The notes under the pieces were generated by a model. The model saw only the letters and a list, made by a program, of their open reading frames with translations. It was not told where the DNA came from and did no database searches. Positions 57,409 through 64,000 of a stretch of 64,000 nucleotides of DNA are shown here, piece by piece; position 1 is the stretch's first letter; every line of letters starts with the position of its first letter. This DNA is from an uncultured Chitinophaga sp. (lineage in GTDB: Bacteria > Bacteroidota > Bacteroidia > 2-12-FULL-35-15). Position numbers and translations under genes: made by a program. The DNA lies in the NCBI GenBank assembly GCA_964549315.1, contig CAZJUY010000007.1, positions 37,567 through 101,566 of the forward strand, given 5' to 3'.

Positions 57409-58662
57409 ATGAAACAAATCGTTTTTACATTTAGTTTATTAGTTTTATTATCTACTAATATTTATTCTCAATCTAATCCTTTAGATAAAAAGCTTGATAA
57501 AGCAAAGGAACTTGTTCAAAAAGACAAACTTACTGAAGCAGAAACTTATTTAGAAAAGGTACTTGTTGATAATCCCGAGTTTGGTGATGGTTGGACTTTG
57601 CTTTGTAAAATAAGATACAAGCAATACAAGGATGCTAAAATGTCTGACAACTTATTTAATAACATGGTTATTACAACTAAAGACAAAGATGGTAAAGAGA
57701 TAAAAAACGACTCGATGGCTAATGCTTTGAAAGATTTAATGTCGAATATTAAACCTTCAAAGCGAGCATTTAATAAGTATGTATTTACTATGCGTAAAGC
57801 ATTACTTACATCAAATGATGCTTCTTATTGTAGTATTATTTTAAGAAATTATTTTGTTGATGAAGAAATAGATACTACACTCACAAAAAAGGCTTTAAAA
57901 TACTATAATGAAGCTGAAGAAGAATTTTCAAAAAAAAATTATGATAAAGCAGCGAAACTATACAAGCGAGCTGTTGACGAACAACCTAGTTTTTATAAAG
58001 CAAGTCTATATTTAGGAGATTCTTACTATTTTATGGGAAATTATATTGAGGCTATAAAATATTTTAAAGAATCATCTCAAAAATTTCCAAATCAATTAGA
58101 ACCAAGAAAATATTTAGTAGATGCCTATGCAAAAGAAAGATTATATAAGCAATCATTGGATGAGGCTATTGCTACAATGGCGGTATATCCAGATTTAAAT
58201 ATGGTTGAAAAATTGGAAGATGCAGCATATTTAAACGATAAAAAATTAGATATTAAATGGACACCAAGAGGAGCCTTCCCAAATAAAATTAAAGACAGTA
58301 CGAAAACTGACTTTAATGAATATGTAGAGGAAAATAAAAAAGAAACAAAAGAACCTTGGATACAATACGAAAAAGCATTTATTAGTATAAAACCTTTTTG
58401 TAACGATAAAGGAATAATAACAACTAAAAATAATCTAACTGCGTCTAATTATATGGAAGTATATTGTTGGGAAGAAATGCTTAAAAATTCTTCCGATAAA
58501 TCTTTAGATGAAGCTAAAAGAATGCAGAAAGATGGATATTTGGATTGTTATGTGTTAGTTACTTGTTATCACATTGATTTTTATGACCAGTACAAGGATT
58601 TTGCTTCAAAAAATGCTGCAAAAATTATTGAGTATTATAACAAATATATTATCACAAAATAA
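57409..58662 (+). CDS. Exported TPR-repeat protein
   Basis: Signal peptide; TPR-like repeats (AAKLYKRAVDEQP, YLGDSYYFMGNY..AIKYF). Confidence 0.75.
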   Translation: MKQIVFTFSLLVLLSTNIYSQSNPLDKKLDKAKELVQKDKLTEAETYLEKVLVDNPEFGDGWTLLCKIRYKQYKDAKMSDNLFNNMVITTKDKDGKEIKNDSMANALKDLMSNIKPSKRAFNKYVFTMRKALLTSNDASYCSIILRNYFVDEEIDTTLTKKALKYYNEAEEEFSKKNYDKAAKLYKRAVDEQPSFYKASLYLGDSYYFMGNYIEAIKYFKESSQKFPNQLEPRKYLVDAYAKERLYKQSLDEAIATMAVYPDLNMVEKLEDAAYLNDKKLDIKWTPRGAFPNKIKDSTKTDFNEYVEENKKETKEPWIQYEKAFISIKPFCNDKGIITTKNNLTASNYMEVYCWEEMLKNSSDKSLDEAKRMQKDGYLDCYVLVTCYHIDFYDQYKDFASKNAAKIIEYYNKYIITK

Positions 58663-58664
58663 AA

Positions 58665-59147
58665 ATGAAGATTATCTTATACGCATTTATTGCAATTCTA
58701 TTTGCGCCTTGCAATAGCTCAAAAAAAATTGCTGCAAGCACTAATAATTCTGATTATGATAAATTAGAAATTATATATCAACGCACAGTTTGCTTTGGAA
58801 GATGCCCAGTTTACACTCTTACAATAAATGGGATGTCACAATTGGCTACATTTAAAGGGGAACAGAATACAGAAAAAATTGGAAACTACACAAAAAAAAT
58901 CACTCCTGATGAGTTGAAACAATGGGTTGAAGCTTTTGAAAAGGCAAATTTTAATGCTTTAAATGATGAATATTTGGGGATGATTACTGATTTCCCAATC
59001 AAATATATTAGCTACTCTAATAAAGGAAAAACAAAAAAAATAAAAGAAAGAAGTGGCGCACCAAAAGAACTTACTGATTTAGAAAAAATGCTTGATGCTT
59101 TTGCCGAAAGCGAAGGGTGGACAAAAGATAATAAAGCAGATAATTAA
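58665..59147 (+). CDS. Putative lipoprotein, DUF6438-like
   Basis: Short signal with Cys16; YQRTVCFGRCPVY.L.I and TDFP motifs; family call from memory. Confidence 0.6.
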   Translation: MKIILYAFIAILFAPCNSSKKIAASTNNSDYDKLEIIYQRTVCFGRCPVYTLTINGMSQLATFKGEQNTEKIGNYTKKITPDELKQWVEAFEKANFNALNDEYLGMITDFPIKYISYSNKGKTKKIKERSGAPKELTDLEKMLDAFAESEGWTKDNKADN

Positions 59148-59632
59148 TTGTTGAGATGTTTATTATGCCAACTATTTTTCGCTGCTACTTCCCATTCATT
59201 GTCAAACCCTAATTTTGTTGTAACCATATTATTATATACAACTGTATCGCCATTTATTTTGTTCTGTTTAGCCAATTGCTCAAACTCTGAAAGGGATACA
59301 ATACTTATTTTATTTAATTCATTCTTATAAGCTATTTTTAATCTATCAAATAAATTAATGTTGAATTGCAGTTCTAGTTCTTTCATGAACTGAGCTGATT
59401 TATCAATACTGCATCCGCTTGCCATAGCTTGTTGTTCGTCCACAGAAATCACAATAAATAAATTATATAAAATATCGAAACTGGCTTTGAGAGCAGCACC
59501 ATGCGCACTCCATTGGTTTATAAAAATATTTCCTTGCTCGATAATTTTTGCTATCTGTTCATCGTTTAAAAGTGTATTGCTTTGATACACCCAAACACGT
59601 GCATTTTTAGGCATATTATTAATAGTTTCCAT
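59144..59632 (-). CDS. Conserved Bacteroidota hypothetical protein
   Basis: RVWVYQS, W.AHG, VDE...ASGCSID.S, LFDR motifs; no Walker motifs. Confidence 0.75.
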   Translation of the reverse strand: METINNMPKNARVWVYQSNTLLNDEQIAKIIEQGNIFINQWSAHGAALKASFDILYNLFIVISVDEQQAMASGCSIDKSAQFMKELELQFNINLFDRLKIAYKNELNKISIVSLSEFEQLAKQNKINGDTVVYNNMVTTKLGFDNEWEVAAKNSWHNKHLNN

Positions 59633-59652
59633 TGTTTTGTTTTAAATAAATA

Positions 59653-59676
59653 GAGCGAAAAGTTTACTTTTCGCTC
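59653..59676. other. Perfect 11-bp inverted repeat (hairpin or operator)
   Basis: GAGCGAAAAGT-TT-ACTTTTCGCTC between the kinase stop and the next start. Confidence 0.6.
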
Positions 59677-59703
59677 TGAAATAATAATTATCGTTTCTTA
59701 TTT

Positions 59704-60330
59704 TTAAAATAGACCATTAATTTCAGCATCTATTTTGTTGATGATTTCGCCTAAATCTTCTGATTTTTCAGCAAAATTATTATTGTCAACATCAATGATT
59801 AAAACTTTAGCTTTTTTATGTTCTTGTTCGTATGAAGAAATAAATGCTTCATAACGTTCATTTAACTTTTTTAGGTAATCCAAGCGGATAGCATTCTCAT
59901 AATCTCTACCACGCTTTTGAATCTGATTTACCAACGTTGGTACCGAAGCGCGTAGATAAATTAATAAATCTGGAGGAGAAATAAAAGACTCCATTAATTT
60001 GAAAAGAGAAAAATAATTTTCAAAATCTCTGGTGGTCATTAAACCCATTGAATGTAAGTTAGGAGCAAAAATATATGCGTCTTCATATATTGTTCGATCT
60101 TGAATAACTGTTTTGCCGCTATTTTTTATTTGTTGTACCTGACTAAAACGACTATTTAAGAAATATACTTGCAGGTTAAAAGACCAACGTTGCATTTCTT
60201 CATAAAAGTCATTTAGGTAAGGATTGTCATCAGCATCTTCAAAATGTGCTTCCCATTTATAATGTTTTGCTAGTAAAGTAGTAAGGGTTGTTTTTCCCGA
60301 GCCTATGTTTCCCGCTATTGCTATATGCAT
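59704..60330 (-). CDS. Deoxynucleoside kinase (dCK/dGK family)
   Basis: AGNIGSGKTT, Q.YFL..R, QDRTIYED, PDLLIYL, RGRDYE. Confidence 0.92.
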   Translation of the reverse strand: MHIAIAGNIGSGKTTLTTLLAKHYKWEAHFEDADDNPYLNDFYEEMQRWSFNLQVYFLNSRFSQVQQIKNSGKTVIQDRTIYEDAYIFAPNLHSMGLMTTRDFENYFSLFKLMESFISPPDLLIYLRASVPTLVNQIQKRGRDYENAIRLDYLKKLNERYEAFISSYEQEHKKAKVLIIDVDNNNFAEKSEDLGEIINKIDAEINGLF

Positions 60331-60436
60331 AATGTGTAAATAATTTTAATAATTCAAAAAAACCGAAAACGAAAATACAAAATCTTTTGGGCTATACAAG
60401 TAAAAAAGCGCAAATTGTGAATAAATAATTACTTGC

Positions 60437-61225
60437 TTAATTGGCAGTATATACAAGTATTTTATCGATAGTCTGTAAAAACAGATAGTCCATTTCTACC
60501 CTAAAATTAGTAAACACCTGATTAGGGATTTCAAATTTTTTTTCTTCAGTAGTTTTAATATTATATGCCATTATTTCGTTACCAATTTGGTAATATATCC
60601 AATCATTGATGGGTTGAAAGTGTGAAATGTTTTTTAATGGAATTGTTTTATAATAAGTGCCATAAATATCAAATACCATTATTCCAGTTTGGGGGTTGTT
60701 TAGATAGAGTTTATTGTCATTTTCCAATAGTTGGGTAGGTTGTAAATTTATATTCAACAGTAGATTTAAGTTAGTAGTAATTTGTGTTTTTTCAAATGAT
60801 TGATTAAATCGAATTAATTCAAAATTTTGTTGGTTATATACCCAAATACCACTATTGTAAGATGTGCCTGTTAATTGTACTTGTGGCAATCCTAAAACAT
60901 CAAAACTTGTAGGTTCTCCATTCGCGCTAAGGGTATTGTCTAAAAAAACAACTTGTAAAAAATTTTTATAAAAGACAAGTATCCTCAGCGGATTTGTGGC
61001 ATCTATGTAATCTATATTTCCTAAGTTTTTATTACTGTATTGGTATAACAATTTTCCAGTCTTATTGTATTTTGTTAACTCATTACCATTCACTGTATAA
61101 ACATTACTTTGATTGTCGGTAGTAAAAAAACTTGCCGTTGTTGTAATAGCAGTAACTTGCTTAAAGCCTTCTTGTGCTATTGCGTTGAAATTTATAAAAA
61201 AGAGTAAATAGATTATTTTTTTCAT
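60437..61225 (-). CDS. Hypothetical exported beta-rich protein (propeller-like)
   Basis: Signal peptide ending AIA/Q; repeated beta-strand units. Confidence 0.65.
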   Translation of the reverse strand: MKKIIYLLFFINFNAIAQEGFKQVTAITTTASFFTTDNQSNVYTVNGNELTKYNKTGKLLYQYSNKNLGNIDYIDATNPLRILVFYKNFLQVVFLDNTLSANGEPTSFDVLGLPQVQLTGTSYNSGIWVYNQQNFELIRFNQSFEKTQITTNLNLLLNINLQPTQLLENDNKLYLNNPQTGIMVFDIYGTYYKTIPLKNISHFQPINDWIYYQIGNEIMAYNIKTTEEKKFEIPNQVFTNFRVEMDYLFLQTIDKILVYTAN

Positions 61226-61279
61226 TTAGCTAAATCGATTAAGCCATTATAATGCCAAATCTAACATAAAGATAAATAT

Positions 61280-61762
61280 TTATAATAGATGAACATCTAA
61301 CTCATCTTTGCAAAGCGTTAATAAATCTTTTACTGTTCTGTTTAATGTAGGATGCAAAAACTCTGGACATAATTCATTTAATGGTATTAGCACAAATTTT
61401 CTTTCATGTAAATAAGGATGTGGTATTTTTAGGTTAGGAAGATTGATTACTTCCTTGTTAAAAAACAATATATCAATATCAATTGTTCGTTCCTCCCATT
61501 TTTCCGTAGTTCGAATTCTTCCTAATTCTTGTTCGATAGATAATAGTTCAGTTAATAATTTTGTTGGGCTTAGTTCACAATTAATCGCTATTGCTTGATT
61601 CAAAAAATCAGGTTGTTGGGTATTGCCCCATGCCTTTGTAACAAAGATGTTGGATTTTTTAGTAATTGCTCCAACTTTTGAGTTTATTAACAGATTAGCT
61701 TTTTCAATAGATTCAATAGGTTTACCTTTATTACCTCCTAATATCAAATATGCTGTATTCAT
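61280..61762 (-). CDS. folK: 2-amino-4-hydroxy-6-hydroxymethyldihydropteridine diphosphokinase
   Basis: FLNQ, IEQELGR.R, ERTIDIDIL, PHP.LHERKFVLIPL; -7 box TATATTTG at 61768-61775 (minus). Confidence 0.93.
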   Translation of the reverse strand: MNTAYLILGGNKGKPIESIEKANLLINSKVGAITKKSNIFVTKAWGNTQQPDFLNQAIAINCELSPTKLLTELLSIEQELGRIRTTEKWEERTIDIDILFFNKEVINLPNLKIPHPYLHERKFVLIPLNELCPEFLHPTLNRTVKDLLTLCKDELDVHLL

Positions 61763-61828
61763 TGTGTCAAATATATTTCAAAAATTAAATGGTTTTACTA
61801 CATTTGTTTAAATTAAAAAACATTTAAG

Positions 61829-63322
61829 ATGAAAAAATTGATACATACCTTTTTAGCATTTGCTTTTGTTTTACCAGCAATAGCACAAACTTTGCCATCA
61901 CAATACGTACAAACTACTATTGTTAGTGGCTTGCGATATCCTGTTGCCTTTGCATTTACACCAGATGGAAGATATTTAGTTACCCAAAAAGGTGACAACA
62001 CATTTCCTGCTGCGAATGCATTTATTAAAATATATAGTTCTACAGGGACTTCTTTAGGCAACTTTTATGATTTAACATCTGTTGTAGATTCTGATTTTGA
62101 AAGAGGATTACTAGGAATTGTAGTAGACCCTGACTTTGCTACTAATAAATATGTATATGTTTATTATACATACCGAAATACAGCGCAAAATGATTTGCGT
62201 ATGAGGGTTTTGAGGCTCACTGAAAATGCAAATGTAGGAACGGCACCGTTCTTAATTTTCGATCATCAATACGCAACTTCTGCATCTACATTTCCAGGAA
62301 ATCACTTTGGTGGAATTATAGGAATTAGACCATCTGAACCAACGAAAATATACATTGAAACAGGAGATTTGGCATACAATCAAGGTAACCCTACTTTAAA
62401 TTATGCAAATAAACTAACAAATCCATATGGTAAGGTACTACGAATAAATACAGACGGAACAATTCCTACGGATAATCCTTTTTATGATGATGGAAATCCT
62501 TTAACTGGTAATGATGATAGAATTTGGAGCTATGGGCACCGTAATTTATTTGGAATGTGCTTTAACCCTAATACGGATAGCATGTATGTGAGTGAAAATG
62601 GTTGGAATGCGTGGGATGAATTTAATATAATACATAAAGGGGGAAATTATGGATGGGCAACCTGTGAGGGAAATTTTGTTTATAACACTAGTACTCCATG
62701 TACAGGTTTTATTAATCCAATAGAAGATTGGGGAACACCATTGCCAGCTATAACAGGGTGTGTATATTATACTAATTCTTTAATGCCAGAATTTCAAAAC
62801 CATATTTTAGTTGTAGATAACGATTATGGTCGTATTTATGATTTAACAATGGGAAATGCTCCTGCTTATGATGTAGTTACTAGCAGAGTAACATTTGCCG
62901 ATATTACCGCCACTGGTGGATTAACAGATATAAAACAAGGTGCTGAAGGGTGTTTGTATGCTATGAAAGGCGGTTACACTACTGCTGGAGCTATTTACAG
63001 AATATGTCCAACATCATTAAATACTGCCAGTTTAGATAAGTTCGAGAATTTAATAGGGCAAAATTATCCTAATCCTGCTTCTGGGAAAACAGATATTGAT
63101 TTTACTGTTTCGCAAACTAGTAATGTAAATATTGAATTGTTTGATGTTACTGGAAGAATTGTGAAAACAATTTATAATGGAGATGTGCAAACAGGGAAAC
63201 ATACTGTTTCTATTGATGATTTAGCTTCTTTCGCTGATGGTAGTTATTTTTATAAGATGGAAGTAAAACAAAACAATAAAATTGTTTATTCTGAAACTAA
63301 AAGAATGATGATTGTGAAATAA
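61829..63322 (+). CDS. PQQ-dependent sugar dehydrogenase-like (GSDH propeller) with T9SS C-terminal sorting domain
   Basis: Signal peptide; ERGLLG, HFGG, GKVLRINTDG.IP.DNPF, SYGHRN, GGNYGW; CTD QNYPNP...G.YFYK. -7 box TACATTTG at 61799-61806. Confidence 0.88.
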   Translation: MKKLIHTFLAFAFVLPAIAQTLPSQYVQTTIVSGLRYPVAFAFTPDGRYLVTQKGDNTFPAANAFIKIYSSTGTSLGNFYDLTSVVDSDFERGLLGIVVDPDFATNKYVYVYYTYRNTAQNDLRMRVLRLTENANVGTAPFLIFDHQYATSASTFPGNHFGGIIGIRPSEPTKIYIETGDLAYNQGNPTLNYANKLTNPYGKVLRINTDGTIPTDNPFYDDGNPLTGNDDRIWSYGHRNLFGMCFNPNTDSMYVSENGWNAWDEFNIIHKGGNYGWATCEGNFVYNTSTPCTGFINPIEDWGTPLPAITGCVYYTNSLMPEFQNHILVVDNDYGRIYDLTMGNAPAYDVVTSRVTFADITATGGLTDIKQGAEGCLYAMKGGYTTAGAIYRICPTSLNTASLDKFENLIGQNYPNPASGKTDIDFTVSQTSNVNIELFDVTGRIVKTIYNGDVQTGKHTVSIDDLASFADGSYFYKMEVKQNNKIVYSETKRMMIVK

Positions 63323-63340
63323 TCTTACTTATTTATATCT

Positions 63341-63374
63341 AAAAAAACGCCTCAAACTTTGAGGCGTTTTTTTT
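63341..63374. terminator. Bidirectional intrinsic terminator
   Basis: AAAAAAACGCCTCAAA-c-TTTGAGGCGTTTTTTT between convergent genes. Confidence 0.88.
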
Positions 63375-64000
63375 ATTCATTTACTTTATGTTGTAACGAT
63401 TCTTCTGCAGCTTGTTTTATAATATCTTGTGATTTTTCTTGTCCAAAGTATTTGTCAATCATATTATGTCCTAAATAGATTAATGGTGTTAATCCCACAG
63501 CAATAATTAGTTTAAATGTATATCCAGTTAAAGCCGCATTGATAAATGTAGAAGTAGTCATTTTCCCTGGCAACCAAAATGCAATTCCTAAAACCACAAA
63601 TGTGTCAATTAATTGAGAAATAATAGTAGAACCAGTACTTCTTAACCAAATCATTTTTCCTCCTGTTTTATCTCGTAGCAACCAAAAAATGGATACATCA
63701 ACAAATTGAGAAAACAGAAAAGCAACAATGCTACCTACTATTATCCACATGCTTTGTCCAAAAACAGCAATAAATTGTTCGTCCGACACGGTTGAAATTC
63801 CTTTCGCTGCAGGAACAACCATTGCAAAAAATAAAACAACAAATGCATATGCAATTAAACTTGCAGTAATTAAGGATAATTTTTTTACCCCAGATTTTCC
63901 ATAAAATTCATTTATTAAATCGGTTGTTAAAAATACAATAGGCCAAGGGATGATACCTATGCTCATTATAAAAGGACCAATTTGTATTAGCTTTCCTCCA
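63373..64000 (-). CDS. yhhQ: Queuosine precursor transporter (YhhQ/Vut_1 family), 5' end outside the window
   Basis: Frame stays open past the ORF-track ATG to the window edge (GGKLIQIGPF-MSIG...); TDLINEFYG, SQFVD, WLRSTGST.ISQLIDT motifs. Confidence 0.85.
   Translation of the reverse strand, partial: GGKLIQIGPFIMSIGIIPWPIVFLTTDLINEFYGKSGVKKLSLITASLIAYAFVVLFFAMVVPAAKGISTVSDEQFIAVFGQSMWIIVGSIVAFLFSQFVDVSIFWLLRDKTGGKMIWLRSTGSTIISQLIDTFVVLGIAFWLPGKMTTSTFINAALTGYTFKLIIAVGLTPLIYLGHNMIDKYFGQEKSQDIIKQAAEESLQHKVNE

Noticed and set aside
59144-59632. Calling the 162-aa protein an ABC transporter ATPase, a label I recall for similar proteins
   Set aside because: No Walker A, Walker B or signature motif, and it is too short.
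164-61811. Many other 60-121 aa ORFs in the track overlapping larger genes (e.g. 164-355, 1849-2052, 3740-3988, 8827-9132, 38435-38800, 40547-40879)
   Set aside because: They overlap recognised CDSs and have low-complexity F/L/I/S-rich translations expected from antisense or off-frame AT-rich DNA.
1-64000. rRNA, tRNA, riboswitch, IS/transposase, integrase or prophage genes
   Set aside because: None recognisable; intergenic gaps are short and explained by promoters and terminators. A covariance-model search (Infernal/Rfam, tRNAscan-SE) would be needed to exclude small RNAs.

Overview
AT-rich (roughly 30% GC by eye) chromosomal segment of a Bacteroidota bacterium. Supporting signs are TAnnTTTG -7 promoter boxes, A-rich leaders without Shine-Dalgarno sequences, and a T9SS C-terminal-domain protein. 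Contents in order: the start of the dcw cluster (mraZ-rsmH-ftsL-ftsI-murE) with three MraZ boxes; pabB, tilS, dsbD; a B12 radical SAM / di-iron / LuxE-like operon; an M1 peptidase with a probable C-terminal beta-barrel; an uncharacterised three-gene operon (lipoprotein, small secreted protein, TerB/FHA-like-ABCG-type transporter); rlmL-like methylase, Nudix hydrolase, M23/LysM peptidase, a tandem two-domain D-Ala-D-Ala ligase and rdgB; a ~20 kb surface-glycan locus (Wzm/Wzt, WbuX/Y/Z-like amidotransferase set with HisF fused to a GT4, several GTs, two acyltransferases, galE); rel-fur-STAS-purA-OstA-like genes; a deoxynucleoside kinase, folK, a T9SS-secreted sugar dehydrogenase and partial yhhQ. 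I saw no rRNA, tRNA, CRISPR array or mobile element. Best leads: (1) the lipoprotein + small protein + TerB-FHA-like-ABCG operon, (2) the asymmetric tandem Ddl with one Tyr-type and one Phe-type omega loop, (3) the HisF2-GT4 fusion, (4) a shared ECF-type promoter motif in front of three uncharacterised genes, one of them a 56-aa ORF missing from the ORF track. All family calls come from motif recognition by eye; no database searches were run.
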